A DNA stretch of 64,000 bases from the human T2T-CHM13v2.0 reference genome, Homo sapiens: assembly GCF_009914755.1 (NCBI RefSeq), contig NC_060928.1; one strand, given 5' to 3'. Every line of letters begins with the position of its first letter. Within the stretch, counting starts at the first letter, position 1. Under the pieces are notes generated by a model. The model made no database searches. It worked only from the letters and a program-made list of their open reading frames with translations, and was not told the DNA's origin. Shown in pieces: positions 1 through 15,729 of the stretch. The translations under genes were made by a program, and so were the position numbers.

Positions 1-129
1 AAGTTGGGAAAAAAAAAATTCCAGATTAAAGGAAGAGCCAGTACAAACATTCCTAGGCAGAACAAACTAAGGTGTTCATAATATTTTACTTGTTCAGCTA
101 CAGGAGATCATGTAAGAAACAGAAAGGAA

Positions 130-811
130 TTTTTTGTTTAGATTCAAGTGTACATGTGCAGGTTTGTTACAAGGGTATATTGTGTGATGCTGAGATTTGG
201 GTTCCTATTGATCCTGTCACCCAAATAGTGAACATAGTACCCAACAGATAGTTTTTCAATCCTTCTTCCCCCTCACCCCTACGTTTGGAGTCCCCAGTGT
301 CTATTTCTCCGATCTTTATGTCTGTGTGTACCCAATGTTTAGCTCCCACTTATAAGTGAGAATACATGGTATTTGGTTTTCCGTTTCTGCATTTTCATTC
401 ACTTAGGATAATGACCTCCAGCTGAATCCATGTTGCTGCAAAGGACATGACTTCATTCTTTTTTATGAGTGCATAGTATACCATGATATGTAGGTACCAC
501 ATTTTCTTTATCCAATCCACCATTGCTAGGCATCTTGGTTTGTTTTATGCCCTTGCTAGTGAATAGTGCTGTGATAAACATATGAGTACAGGTGACTTTT
601 GGGTAGAACAGTTTATTTTCCTGTGGATATAGACCCAGTTAAGTTGTTGCTGGGTTGAATAATAGTTCTATTTTTATCCCTTTGAGAAATCTTCCAACTG
701 CTTTCCACAGGGGCTGAACTAATTTGCATTTCCACCAACAGTGTATAAGCATTCTCTTTTTCCTCCAACCTCGCCAACATCTGTTATTTGTTGACTTTTT
801 AACAGTAGCCA
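130..811 (-). mobile_element. L1 3' fragment (L1PA15/16 or L1PB-like), 5'-truncated
   Basis: Antisense L1 3'UTR and ORF2 end (gtacatgtgcaggtttgttac...cccacttataagtgagaa...ttcccaccaacagtgtat-like). No clear TSD. Confidence 0.85.
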
Positions 812-861
812 CATAACAGAACTTTTAATGGGATGTTTCTCAAAAGGCTAAAGATCTTCTC

Positions 862-1220
862 ATGGGCTTAATTGTGTACCCTCCAAAATTCACATGTTGA
901 AGTCCTAACCCCTGGTATCTCAGCATGTGATCATATTGGGGACAGGGTCTTTACAGAGGTAATTAAGTTAAAACAAAGTCATTAGGATGTGCCCTAATCC
1001 AATATGACTGAAAAGTTGGATACAGATGTGTACAGAGGGAACACAATATAAAGACAATGGGAGAAAATGGCCATTGAAAAGCCAAGGAAAGAGCCTGGGA
1101 AGGACCCTTCTCTCATGGCCCTTAGAAGAAACCAACCCTGCTGAAAGTTTGATCTTGAATTTCTAGTCTTCGAAACTGAAACACCCAGTCAATGGTACTT
1201 TGTTATGGCAGCCTTAGCAA
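862..1220 (+). mobile_element. MLT1B-like MaLR solo LTR
   Basis: Runs from aattgtgtaccctccaaaattcacatgttgaagtcctaacccc to ggtactttgttatggcagcc, typical MLT1 ends. Confidence 0.75.
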
Positions 1221-2459
1221 AAAACAAAAAAAACAAAAAAAAAAAAACACAGATCTCCTCAAGAATAAGAAGAATATTTTTCCCTTTGGATCGGTCTATT
1301 CATTCTTCAAATTTAAAAGTTTATCTCTAAAACTTTTTGATCTATTCAAAAAGGTAGTTAGTGTTAACTCAGATTAGATCTTCTAGGACTTTTGCCAAGT
1401 AAGTTGGTCCAATGGGAAGAAGTCTAGAAGCAAACTAGTTCTCTTGGAGGTATTTGTATCAGTTAAGGCTCAATTGACATCTTTGAAAGCACCCTGAACA
1501 ACACAGAATTGATAAGATTTCTCATGAATTGATTTAATGGCAAGAATTAAGATTCTGGATAAAGACTACAGATCAATCTTCTGTTAAGTTTCTAAGCATT
1601 TGAATCTCCCTTACCATCGTGAGGTCTCAAGTCTTCTGTTTATAGAACACCCTAAAAGTTGGACAACGTCAGAGCCTACCCTCTAGGCTGTGTGTTCAGT
1701 GAGTGCTGCCCAGGAATCTGTATGCAAGAATAAGAAGAGCTACCGTTTTAACAATGAGGAAATTGATGACTAGACTACTCTTCTACCCTTGGAAGTGCCT
1801 GATCAGAAAGAGAGGTGAGGCTGGAAGAACTGAGCCACATGTTCAGCAGGACTGGAGGAAGAAAAGCAGGAACAGGACAGAACTAAGAGCTGATAATGGG
1901 GAAGTGAGGACTGAAGCCAGACTAAAGCCTCCAACACAGAGGGTCCTGGCTGAGTATGGCTTTAAAAGGTGAGCATGTGATTATGTCAAGTGGAAGACGA
2001 ATGCTTAAAGGATGAGACTACCTCTGAAAATAGAAATGTTGTAGGGAAAAGATTTGACAGCAATGTAATGAAAGTGGTACCCAAGCAACCAGAAAGAAAA
2101 AAACATTTTCACCAAGGATAAGATGTTCCAGCAGGCAATGTTGCCATGGCATTTCAAAGGGCTGGTTGCACCAGAATCTTCACTGTAAATGGAAACGGAG
2201 CCATAATCAAGTGGCATTCAAACTGTGGCATACTATAATTAAGTAATTATTTGAACCAATGGTTTTAATAAGTTTCTCTGCACAAAACCAGCATCTCTCT
2301 TCAATTCCTGACACATTCATTATAATTAGCTCCTGCTTGACATTTCCTAGCAGAAAGGCTAAACATCCAAAGTTTTCTTTACTTATTTATAAATAATAAT
2401 ATAATGAGTTAAGCTAAAATACTGGAAATGTATCCCTTATTAAAATATAGTCAAACCTC

Positions 2460-4030
<1,571 letters not shown>

Positions 4031-4094
4031 TATTAATGAATATATAGTAAGCCAATAAAAATAACCCAATGCAGAGAAGTTGATTGATTATATT

Positions 4095-5892
4095 AATTAG
4101 GCTAGGCGAAGTTATTCTGCAGTAACAAATAAAAGACAAAGTCTCATTTTAAGACAATAATATTTTATTGCTCACTCTTGACCATAATCACTAGTGGAAG
4201 GGAGCTGGGATGAAGTTGCATTTCCCTGTTTTGGTTTTTATAGCCATTCAACAAGGCTCTTTCCACGTCAACACAACGCCTCTAAGTTCCTTTAAGGGCG
4301 AAAGAGAACATGGAGGGCCATTTGGGGGATTGGATGGCCAGGTCTGGAAGGGGTGCACATCACCTCCACCCAAAATCCATTGGCCAGAACTCAGTCATAT
4401 GGCTCCACTAACACAATAGAGCCATCAATATGGTCTTCCAGTGTGATCAGCAGGGAAATGAAATGAGTTTAATAAATACCTAGCATTGTCACTGCAATAG
4501 CCCCTACTTCCTGTCACCAAATACACATTTCATTCTTTCTCCTATGTGTAGAGCATGCTGATGCCTTTCCCAAGGCAGCAACTGAGGGACCCAATCTGCA
4601 TTGAAACCACCTCAAAGCCTAGGATTTCAGGGTGACCTCTTCATTTACATCTGATGTGGCTCCTTATGGTGCAACACTCCGTGAACTAAAAAGAGAAGTT
4701 ATCCTCCTCCACTCCCATATACAATGTGCAGTGGTGGGGCAGGGGCAGAATAACCATATATACACTTGCACTCAGAAGAGTGCTTAATTGAAAGATGCTT
4801 AGTAAGTAGTCCCTGGTCTGTAGCAATTCTGAAATGCCTCTGGGCCTATGCTGTAAAGTCCTCTACTATAGAAGGGAGAAAAGCCTTTTGAATAAACCCA
4901 AATTCTCCTCTCTGAAGGAGAAAATCACTTCTTTTTGTTCTTCATGATCTTAGGTTGCACTCCAAAACACTCTTTCTGCTTTATTATGCGTCTTGGCCAC
5001 CTCTACAGTGGGTGCTGGAGAGTGTGCCCTCCTTGAGAACTGCACAGCTCACATGGCCCACATCCTGCATGAGAGTTGTTTTAAGACTCACTCAACAGTA
5101 ATAGGCTTTTTTTATATAAGGCTCAAGAATTATTTGGCAGCAAACTCCCTGAAATAATTAGTAATCTTCTGATTTATTTACTTCTAGTTAGATCCATGTA
5201 CTGTTAACTATGTTCAACGTTCTTTTGTGAATTTAAAACACAGATATCTTTACTTTTATACTTCCTCATCCCCATGCCTGCCTCTCTCAATCTAATGGCA
5301 GCTACCTTGAGGCTACTAGGCATGAGTAGACTGGCTACTTCTCTGCCTCAAAGCTGGTATCTACCTCGAAGCTGAGTCACTCCATTCAATGAAGAAGTCT
5401 CACTGGGTCTTTATATCTCAGAGCCTTTTAAAATCACATCTTTTTCTTGGGGTCTAAAAGTACTTGACTTTTTTTAACAGTTCGGGGTCCTGGCTTTTAG
5501 ACCTTTCTCTTCTTTATTTTTGCTTGGAAACTGTCCAGCTTTTTCCTGAACTCATCTTTTTTTGTACCATATTTCACTGATTTTAAGATGCACATTCATT
5601 TCTCATTTTAACGTCTTTGAGATTGGGCTGCATTTCATAATTTTTGCAGGTGTAATGTCAAAGTTTAATTGACTTTTTCTGTCTTTGTTAGTGCAACATA
5701 AAATAGATGTATGTCGTATCTGCAGCATATCATAGCCTATTAACTGTAGAAATACTTTGCAAAATGTAGTTTAAAAGTAACCAAATTTGACATTGTTTTT
5801 CAATCTCTTCCTCTAGAAATGTAAGCTCTGCAGGCACGTAGCCTTCCAAGTGACCACAGGTGTCGGGTTTACCGAATTTTTGCCACCATATC
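4095..5892 (-). mobile_element. Ancient MaLR (MLT1-type LTR plus MLT-int), continuing at about 8165-8260
   Basis: LTR motif ccattggccagaactcagtcatatggc followed by degenerate internal-like sequence. Confidence 0.45.
5567..5730. mobile_element. MER104/Kanga-like TcMar MITE
   Basis: ccatatttcactgattttaagatgcacatt...cattttaacgtctttgagattggg resembles the MER104 terminus as recalled. Confidence 0.5.
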
Positions 5893-8137
5893 TGATATGG
5901 TTTGGCTGTGCCCCACCAAAATATCATCTTGAATTGTAGTTCCTATAATCCCCATGTGTCAGGGGAGGGATCCAGTGGGAGGTAATTGAATCATGTGAGT
6001 GGTTACCCTCATGCTGTTCTCATGGTAGTGAGTGAATTCTCACAAGATCTGATGATTTTATAAAGGGCTTTCCCCTTTGCTCAGCACTTCTCCTTGATGC
6101 CACCATGTGCAGAAGGACATGTTTGCTTCTCCTTCCACCATGATTGTAAGTTTCCTGAGGCCTGCCTAGCCATGATGAACTGTGAGTCAATTAAACCTCT
6201 TTCCTTTATAAATTACCCAGTTTCAGGTATGTCTTTATTAGCAGTATGAGAACTGACTAATACAGTAAATTGATACCGAGAATGGGGTGCTGCTGTCAAG
6301 GTACCCAAAAATGAGGAAGCAATTTTGGAACTGGGTAACAGGCAGAGGTTGTAACAGTTTGGAGGGCCTAGATGACAGGAAGATGTGGAAAGGTTTGGAA
6401 CTTTCTTAGAGACTTGTTGAGTGGCTTTGACCAAAATGCTGATAGTGATAAGGACAATGAAGTCCAGGCTGAAGTGGTCTCTGATGGAGATGAAGAACAT
6501 GTTGGGAACTGCAGTAAATGTCACTCTTGCTATGTAAAGGGACTGGAAGCATTTTTCTCCCTGCCCTAAACATCTGTGGATCTTTGAACTTCAGAGAGAT
6601 GATTTAGGGTCCCTGGCAGAAGACATTTCTAAGCAGTGAAGCATTCAAGAGGAAGCAGAGCATAGAAGTTTGGAAAATTTGCTGCCTGATGATGCAATAG
6701 GAAAGAGAAACCCACTTTCTGGGGAGAAATTCAAGCCAGCTGCAGAAATTTGCATAAGTTATCAGGAGCCAAATGTTAATCACCAAGTCAATGGGGACAA
6801 TGCCTCCAGGACATGTCAGAGAACTTCACAGTAGCCCCTTCCATCACAGGCCTGGAGGCCTAGGATGAAAAAATGGTTTCATGGGTTCCCCTGCTGTATG
6901 CAGCTTAGAGCCTTGGTGCTCTATGTCTCAGCCACTCCAGTCATAGCTAAAAGGGGCCAAGGTACAGCTCATGCTATGGTTTCAGAGGTGCGAGCCCCAA
7001 GCCCTGGCAGCTTTCAAATGGTGTTGAGTCTGTGGATACACAGAAGTCAAGAATTGAGGTTTGGGAACCTCTGCCTAGATTTCAGAGGATGTATGGAAAT
7101 GCCTGAAAGCCCAGGCAGAAGATTACTACAGGTATGGAGCCCTCATGGAGACCCTCTGCTAGGGCAGTGCAGAAGGGAAATGTGGGTCAGAGCCCTCACA
7201 GAGTCCTCACTGGGGCACTGCCTAGTGGAGCTGTGAGAAAAGGGCCACCATACTCCAGGCCCTAGAATGGTAGATCCACCAACAGCTTGCACCATGTGCC
7301 TGGAAAGCTTCAGACACTCAACATCAACCTGTGAAAGCAGCCTGGAGGAGCTTTGCCCTGCAAAGCCACAGGGGCAGAGCTGCCCAAGGCCATGGGAGCC
7401 CACCTCTTGCATCAGTGTGACCTGAATGTGAGACATGGAGTCAAAGAAGATTATTTCAGAGCTTTAAGATTTAATTACTGCCTCAATGGATTTCGGATTT
7501 GCATGGGGCCTGTAGCCCCATTTTAGCCAATTTCTCCCATTTGGAATGGGTATATTTACCCAATGTCTGTACCTCTATTGTATCTAAGAAGAAACTAACT
7601 TGCTTTTGATTTTACAGGCTCATGGGCAGAAGAGACTTGCCTTGTCTCAGATGAGACTTTGGACTTGGCCTTTTTAGTTAATGCTGTAATGAATTAAGAC
7701 TTTGGAAGACTGTTGAAAGAGGATGATTGTGTTTTGAAATGTGAGGACATGAGATTTGGAAGGCACCAGGGGTAGAATATTATGGTTTGGCTGTGTCCTC
7801 ACGCAAGTACCATCTTGAATTGTAGTTCCCATAATCCCCACATGTTGTGGAAGTGACCTGGTGGGAGATAATTGAATCATGGGGGTGCTGTTATTGTGGT
7901 AGTGAGTGAGTTTTCATGAGCTCTAATGGTTTAATAAGGGGCTTTTCCCTCTTTGCTCAGCACTTCTCCTTCCTGCTGCCATGTGAAGAAGGACGTGAAA
8001 CATGTCACTGCCATGATTGTAAGTTTCCTGAGGCCTCCCCAGCCATGCTGAACTGTGAGTCAATTAAACCTCTTTCCTTTATAAATTACCCAGTCTCAGG
8101 TATGTCTTTATTAGCAGCATGAAAACAGACTAATACA
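5893..8137 (+). mobile_element. THE1C-like MaLR provirus (LTR 5893-6264, internal 6265-7777, LTR 7778-8137)
   Basis: Two direct-repeat THE1 LTRs (tgatatggtttggctg...actaataca) flank about 1.5 kb of THE1-int. Confidence 0.93.
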
Positions 8138-9716
8138 GTAAATTCGTACCACAGACGGTGGACCTTAAACCATCTAGGTTTCTATCTATGTTCTCACCAC
8201 TTGCCACCCAATTGCTAAGCAAATATCATGGTACCACATCTTAGTCTGGCACAGTGATTTCCTCTACCACCTCTAAGAAGAAGGTATACACATGCTTGTA
8301 CAGTTTGGTTTAGCCTTTTGCTCCTCACCCCACCCCCATGAGAACAGATGTCTCAAGAAGAATTTTAACTTTCAGTCAAGGGCCCAAGATAAGACACAGG
8401 GAGCAGAGCTTAGCAGATGTGTAAGTTAAACCCAGAAGATATAAGGCCTAGGTGGTTGTAGAGTTGATTTTTATGAACCATTTCAACAACAAATAATCTT
8501 TGTCTTATGCAAATTGCTTCACAGAATGTAAAATAAAGCTCCAAATTCATTCTACAAAACTAGAGTAACATTGATAACAAAACTAGAGAACAATAGCACA
8601 AGAAAAATATATTTAAGCCAATCTCACATAAAAATATGGAATAAAATTTTAGACACATACTAATATAATAAATTTAGCAGTCTGTTTAAAATACACATCA
8701 TAACTAAGATGGGTTAATCCTAATAATGCAAAAATAATTATACACTAGCAAATCTATCAGTCAGCAGACTAACATGTTTTTTAATATATAATTATTTCAA
8801 CAAATGTAGAAAAATCATCTGACAAAAATAATTTCATAATGAACATCTTCAAGCCAACTGAAAAAGAAGAAACATTGTTTTTCTTAATAAAAGTCATATA
8901 CCAAAAACCACACTAAATTTTTTTAATGTGACCAAACTTTAGAATAATATCTTAGAATAAAAGGGTAAGAGAAGTATACAACTAACATTGTTTACATTCA
9001 GCAATGTATAAGGCCATAGCCAAGAGAAACAAATAATATAAAAGAAAGGAAAAGTAATAGGAAAGTTTGTGTCAATTTGCAAACAATATAATTGTAGGAA
9101 TTCCTAGATAATCTACCAACAAACTAATAGAGTAACTAAAATAATTTAGCAAGGTTTCTAGATGCTACATCAGGAAGAAAAATGAACAGCCTTTTTTCCA
9201 CATGTAATAACAATTAGAAAATATAATACAAAATATTTCATTTATAATATCAAAGAAATTTGTGTGTAGGAATAACTCTAACAAAAGATTTTCAAGACAT
9301 TGATGAAGAAAATTATAAACCATTACTAAAAAGGAAAAAAAATTTAGAGAAGAGGCTGCTCTAAATAAATAAATAAATACTAAATTCATGAATAGGAAAA
9401 GTCAAAACCTTAAAATATAAATCTTTCCCCAAAATTATCTTTAAATGAAATGCAATGCAGCTTTAATCAAATGTTCGCCACAGAACTTTGTTTTGTTGCT
9501 TTGTATCATTCTGTTTTTCTATAGACAGCATGGCAAGCCAAGTGTAAATTTCATGTGGAAGATAAGAGATTTTTGAAGAAAGTAAGATAATTGCCTCATC
9601 TGATATTATGAATTATTACTAAGTTAAAGTGATTGAGAAAGACCTGATGGGAAGGCCAGTGGAATAAAATAGAAAACACAGAAACAAACTTTTGCCTGTA
9701 CGACAACAAAAGACAG

Positions 9717-10221
9717 TATATTAGTTTTCTATTGCTGCCATAACAAACCACCACAAATGTGATGGCTTAAATAGGACAAACTTATTTTTATTACATCTCT
9801 ACAGGTTACAAGTCCAACATGGATTTCGTGGACTAAAATAAATGTATTGGCAGGATGGTGTTTGTTTCAGGCATCTGTAAGGGTGAATCAGTTTCTTTGT
9901 GTGTTCCCACTTCTAGTAGCCTGCCACGTTGTTTGACTCATGGCCCCTTCCTCCATCTTCAGAGCCAGCAACATTGCTTCTCTCTGACCATTCTTCTTCC
10001 TCTGACTCTCTTCTTCTGCCTACCTCTTCCACCTTTAAGGATCTTTGTGATTTCACTGGGTTTTTCTGGATAATTTGGGCTAATCTCCATATCTTAATGT
10101 CAAGTGATTAGCATTCTTAATTCCATCTGCAATATTAATTACCATTTGCCATGTAACCCAACATATTTACACATTCTGAGGATTGAAATGACTTTGGGAG
10201 ACTGCTATTCGGCTTACCACA
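9717..10221 (-). mobile_element. MLT1D-like LTR
   Basis: tattagttttctattgctgccataacaaaccaccacaaa...cttaattccatctgcaa...cttaccaca. Confidence 0.75.
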
Positions 10222-10251
10222 AAAAAAAATTTTTTTTTTAATCAATGAGCA

Positions 10252-10490
10252 CCAGAAGCATTCAAGTTATGTGAAGCCCGAAGCGTATAAAATTTAGCGC
10301 AGGTGCTCTCTTTAAGAAAAAGAATACAAAAGTATTTTGCAAAAATTGACAGACATATATGACTCTGTGATCACATTGCTAAACTTATGACCACATTGCT
10401 AAATTTATTTTTCAGGGCCATGGAAGGAGTCTATTCAAGTGATGGTCCCTGAAGCTTATGTTTTTTTAACTTTCTAGCAATTCTACCACA
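10252..10490. mobile_element. hAT-Tip100-like MITE (ORSL-like)
   Basis: ctctttaagaaaaagaatacaaaa and cagggccatggaagg...ccctgaagctta resemble recalled consensus ends. Confidence 0.45.
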
Positions 10491-12115
10491 AGTAAAAAAC
10501 AGACTACTTCATACAGGTAAGCTGGAATCATTTGTTAGCTATATGGACTAAGACACAAATGAATTCCTTTGTCACTTCTACCAAAACAAAAAATCTCAGT
10601 GGATTAAAAACATACATAAAAAAACAAAGCTTCAAAACATTTAGATGAATAATGAAAAAATATTTTTTAACCTCATGGTAAAATATTTCTTTGAAAAGTC
10701 CATATTCTAAAGAAAAAATCGGACCTTTTAATTATATTGTCAATTTTTTCATTAAAATTTTAAACTCTGCTCTGTTCCTCTTAGACTCCACTCAACTGTT
10801 TCTGTATTCATCCCAGCTCCTCCCCATCTGCAGTCTGACTTCTGTGGATGCAGCAAGAGTGAGAGGAGAATGTTATATTTTGTCCTCCTAGAAGTAATAA
10901 CTTTAAGATTGGCTATAAGATAAAGACAGATGGTCTGTGTATAGGAGATGGACACTGAGCACTTCCCATACAACACTGTTCAGTATCCTTCTTGATGGAA
11001 GAAACTCAGTCTTACTTTGTAATCATTTTTTCCCCAAGACTGTTGGACAGTACCTGTTCCATGTAGCATATGACCCATATATGACCCATGAAAGAACGTC
11101 TTTGGCTGTCCTTGTATAATTTTTGTAACCATGAATTTTTTTATTTAAGAAGAAAAAGACTTGTATGAGTATTAGAAAGCATGGATATTTAGAATCAGAG
11201 GGAGAAATTAGTGTGGGAGAAAAGATGACCATTTTCACACATCTTTCCTACAAGGCTGCTATGACAGTTAATTGAGTTTTCAATAATCAGTTTATGTTCA
11301 AAGTTTATACTCCTGTATATAAACAGAAATGAACTTAAAACGTGGAAAATAGCATCCAAAGAGTCACATATTTAAAATCCTATAAGAATTTCTGGAGCCA
11401 GATTTGGATTTAGACTACAGCAGTGGAGGCTCCTGGGTGTTCGTACTTAACCAGGTTCCATTTCCTCATCTTTGGCTCTTCATTTGCTACAAGTAGGACA
11501 GCTTGACTAAAACAGTTGCAGGCACCTTTTTTTCTATGCCTGTGCTATTCTAAATTCTGAGATTGTGCAAAAGAAAAGCAATGAGGACTGGTCCTCAATG
11601 TTCCTTTGACTGCCATTGCTTCCAAGTGCCAGAGGGAGTCAGGGAGCTCACAGGCTGTCACAGATGCTCTCCTTAAAAGAAATAGCATGTCAGGTGCCTC
11701 CAGTATCTCCTACTTTCAGCCAATTCCTTTGGCAGCTTGCACAAGCACACTGTCACTTGAATTTCTCTAACAGAGACAAGGAAAGGGCCAACTAGGTTTT
11801 CCTGAATTGGTATCCTTGCACAAACACTGTCACTTCTCCACGCTTCCTCCATTGGGTGTGAGAGCTGTTTAGGCTACAACAGCTAGCCCTCATTTTTTTT
11901 TTTTCAGCTCAAGTTAGGATGTTTTTTTCATTCCTTCAATTATCACACATAAGGAGGAAATGGGAGGTTAAGAAGAAAAGGACATGCATCTAGCATATTC
12001 TATTACATTTCATTTTCTCTGAGACCCTCTTTATTCACTTCCCAGGTTCAGGAAACCAGTAGTAAAAGCAGTAGAAATGAGTCTGCATCCCTGCAGCGGC
12101 GGTGCCTGCCATTCT

Positions 12116-14394
12116 GTGTGTGTGTGTGTGTGTGTGTGTATGTATTCTTCCACTTTTAAGTTCAGGATGTGCAGGTTTGTTACATAGGTAAATGTGTGCC
12201 ATGGTGATTTGCTGCACAGATCATCCCATCACCTAGGTATTAAGCCCAGCAGCCATTAGATATTCTTCCTGATACTGTCCCTCCCCTCTGCCCCCTGCTG
12301 ACAAGCCTCAGTGTGTGTTGTTTCCCACCATGTATCCAGGTGTTCTCATCAATCAGCTCCCAGTTATAAGTGAGAATATGTGGTGTTTGGTTTTCTGTTC
12401 CTGAATTAGTTTGCTGAAGATAATGGCTTCCAGCTCCATCCATGTCCCTGCAAAGGACATGATCTAATTCCTTTATATGGCTGCATAGTATTCCATTGTG
12501 TATATCTACCACATTTTCTTTATCCAGTCTATCATTGATGGGCTTTTAAGTTGATTACATGACTTTGCTATTGTGAATAGTGCTGCAGTGAACATATGCA
12601 TGCATGTATCTTTATAATAGAATGATTTATAATCCTTTGGGTTTATACCTGGTAATGGTATTGCTGGGTCAAATGGTATTTCTGCCTCTAGGTCTTTGAG
12701 GAATCACCACACTGTCTTCCACCATGGTTGAAATAATTTCACTCCCACTAACAGTGTAAAAGCATTTCTTTTTCTCCACAACCTCACCAGGACCTGTTGT
12801 TTTTTGACTTTTTAATAACAGCCATTCTGACGTGAGATAGTATCTCATTGTGGTTCTGATTTGCATTTCTCTAATGATTAGTTGAGCTTTTTGTTATATG
12901 TTTGTTGCCTGCATGAATGTCTTCATTTGAGAAGTGTCCATTCATGTTCTTTGCCTACTTTTTAATGGAGTTGATTGCTTTTTTCTTGTAAAGTTGTTTA
13001 AGTTCTTTGTAGACTCTGGGTTTTAGACCTTTGTCAGATGAATAGATGGCAAAAATTTTCTCCCATTCTGTAGGTTGTCTGTTCACTCTGATGATAGTTT
13101 ATTTTGCTGTGCAGAAACTCTTTAGTTTAATTAGATCCCATTTGTCAATTTTTGCTTTTGTTTCAATTGTTTTTGGCGTTTTTGTTATAAAACTTTTGCC
13201 TATGCCTATGTTCTAAATGGTATTCCCTAAATTTTCTTCTAGGGTTTTTATACTTATGGGTTTTACATGTACGTCTTTAATCAATCTTGAGTTAATTTTT
13301 GTATAAGGTATAAGGAAGGGGTTCAGTTTCAATTTTCTGCATATGGCTAGCCAGAACTCCCAGCCTCATTTATTAAATAAACAAACATTTGCTTGTTTTT
13401 GTCATTTGTTGGAGATCAGATGATTGTAAATATGCAGTCTGATTTCTGAGTTCTGTATCCTGTTTGAATGGTCTATGTGTCTGTTCTTATATCAGTGCCC
13501 TTGTGTTTTGGTTACTGTAGCATTGTAGTATAGTTTGAAGTTGGGTAGCATGATGACTCCAGCTTTATTCTTTTTACTTAGAGTTGTCTTGGCTATTGGC
13601 TATTCAGTCTCTTTTTTGGTTCCATATGGAATTTAAAATAGTTGTTTTTTAATTTTGTAAAGAATGTCAGTGGTAGTTTAATGGGAATACCATTGAATCT
13701 ATAAATTGCTTTGGGCAGTATGGCCATTTTCATGATACTGGTTCTTCCTATCCATGACTGTGGGACAGTTTTCCATTTGTCTGTGTCCTCTCTGATTTCT
13801 TTGAGTGGTGGTTGGTAGTCCTCCTTGAAGAGGTCCTTCACTTCCCTTGTTAGCTGTACTCCTAGGTATTTTATTCTCTTTGTGGCATTTGTGAATTGGG
13901 GTTCATTCATAATTTGGCTCTCTGCTTGCCTGTTTTTGGTGAATAGGAATGCTAGCAACTTTTGCACATTGATTTTGTATCCTGAGATTTTCATGAAGTT
14001 GCTTATCAGCTTTAGAAGATTTTGGGTTGAGACAGCAGGGTTTTCTAGAAGTAGGGTAATGTCATCTGCAAATGAAGATAATGTGACTTTCCCTGTTTTT
14101 ATTTGAATACCCTTTATTTCTTTCTCTTGCCTGATTGTCCTGGCCAGAACTTCAAATACTATGTTAAATAGGAAGGGTGAGAGAGGGGATCCTTGTCTTG
14201 TGCCAGTGTTCAAAGAGAATGCTTCCAGCTTTGCCCATTCAATATTATATTGGCTGTGGGTTTGTCATATATGGCTCTTATTACTTTGAGGTATTTTCCT
14301 TAAATACCTAGTTCACTGAGTTTTTAACATGAAGGGATGTTGAATTTTATCGAAGGTTTTTTCTGCATCTATTGAGAAAATCACATGGTTTTTA
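12116..14394 (-). mobile_element. 5'-truncated L1PA (older, about PA11-15) with RT-region ORF2 remnant; tail replaced by (TG)n
   Basis: ORF 13593-14213 ([11 protein letters not shown]...FADD). TSD cctgcca(t/g)tct at 12105-12115 and 14395-14405. Confidence 0.95.
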
Positions 14395-14489
14395 CCTGCC
14401 AGTCTTATTTCACACCAATCACTCTGCTCTGAGAACCAGTCTCTCAAGTTTTTCATGTTTCCTTCTATGTACTGTATAAATCCAAACTT

Positions 14490-15170
14490 ACCACTTCATT
14501 CATCCAACAGATACACTTTCAGGAACTGCCAGGCCCTGCATTAGTGTCTAAAGATATAAAGATGGATGGAATATGGTTTCTTGCCCAGTAGGAGCCTCAG
14601 ATTTATGAGCAAAATAGTGTAGAACCAATAATAAGTTCAATGCTAGGTAGGCTGTGTGTTAGGGCACACAGCTGGAGCACCTAGCTCAGCCTGGAGAAAT
14701 TAGAACAGGCTACTAGAAGGAGTGACACCTCAGCTGGGTTTCCAATGGAAAGGAGAAATCCATCTGAGAGGGGAAAAGAGACAGGTACAGTCCAGACAGA
14801 GGAAATAATATGTTCAAATGCAGAGTTTCTCAATCTCAGCACTCCTCACGTTTTGGGCCAGATAATTCTTTGCTGGAGTGAGAGGGCATTACATTGTCTG
14901 ATGTTTGGCAGCATGCTTGGCTTGATCCTTGTTCACTAGGTAAAAGTATCATTCCCTCCCTCAGTTGCAGCAATCATAAATGTCTCCAGACATCTTAAAT
15001 TTTAATTCTGTGGGACAATATTACCCCAAGTTAAGAGACACTGAACTAAGCATGGGAGGAAGAAGTTGAAGCAGGTTGATAGAGCTACAGGAGGCAAAGA
15101 GTATATGGAAGAGAGGATGGGAGATGGAGGAGCAAATAGAAGCCAGATCTTTGAAGGACTTCCATGCCTT
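14490..15170 (-). mobile_element. L2 fragment split by MER20
   Basis: L2 3'-end-like motifs (ttcattcatccaacag, cccagtaggagcctcag). Confidence 0.55.
14821..15043. mobile_element. MER20 (hAT-Charlie)
   Basis: cagagtttctcaatctcagcact...gggccagataattctttg...aaatgtctccagacat...gagacactg. Confidence 0.85.
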
Positions 15171-15729
15171 TCAGTTCATTTGAAAAACAGAACTAGAAAA
15201 ATAGTCCCAGAGGACTGTGTTGAGGGTGAAATCAGATTACATGTGTAAATAAATTTGCATAATGCTGCCACATGCAAAAAAAGATTTGTTCTCTCTCTTT
15301 CCTGCTTAGTTCCATTGTCCACAATGGAAGCTAGGGTGATCAAATGAAGGGCAGCTAGAGGCTGGAGTTAGGAGTGGGCAGGGCCTCTGAGGAAGGAACA
15401 ATTAAGCCACAGGCAAAACTGACAACTGTCTAGCTGGATAAGCTCCCGCCTGGACAACGGAAGCTCTCTGTCCTCCATCCCCATGACTCTGCCCTTAACC
15501 ACTTCGGAGCTTATCTTTCCAAAACACCTGGCTCACCTATGTTAGTCAGGCACACTTCTTTGTTTAATATTTATCTCAATCCAGCAAACAACTACAGTGT
15601 TTCTCAGATAGACATGTCAGGTCATGGGAAAGAGGGAATATACATGATAACAGACAGAACCTCTAGGTTTCAGGATTTCCATGTAAAGGGTGGAGAAAAT
15701 AGCACATCTTGCTCCTCCTCTCAGGAAAA

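Larger units (their letters stand above)
8480..10750 (+). mobile_element. Old L1M ORF2 remnant, interrupted by an MLT1 LTR and a hAT MITE
   Basis: A-rich degenerate L1 ORF2 motifs (ccaatctcac, atttagcaaggtt, cagtggaataaaatagaaa). Confidence 0.7.

Noticed and set aside
10368-11090. Short duplications (20-bp period at 10368-10403; atatgaccca twice at about 11068-11089)
   Set aside because: Ordinary replication-slippage events.
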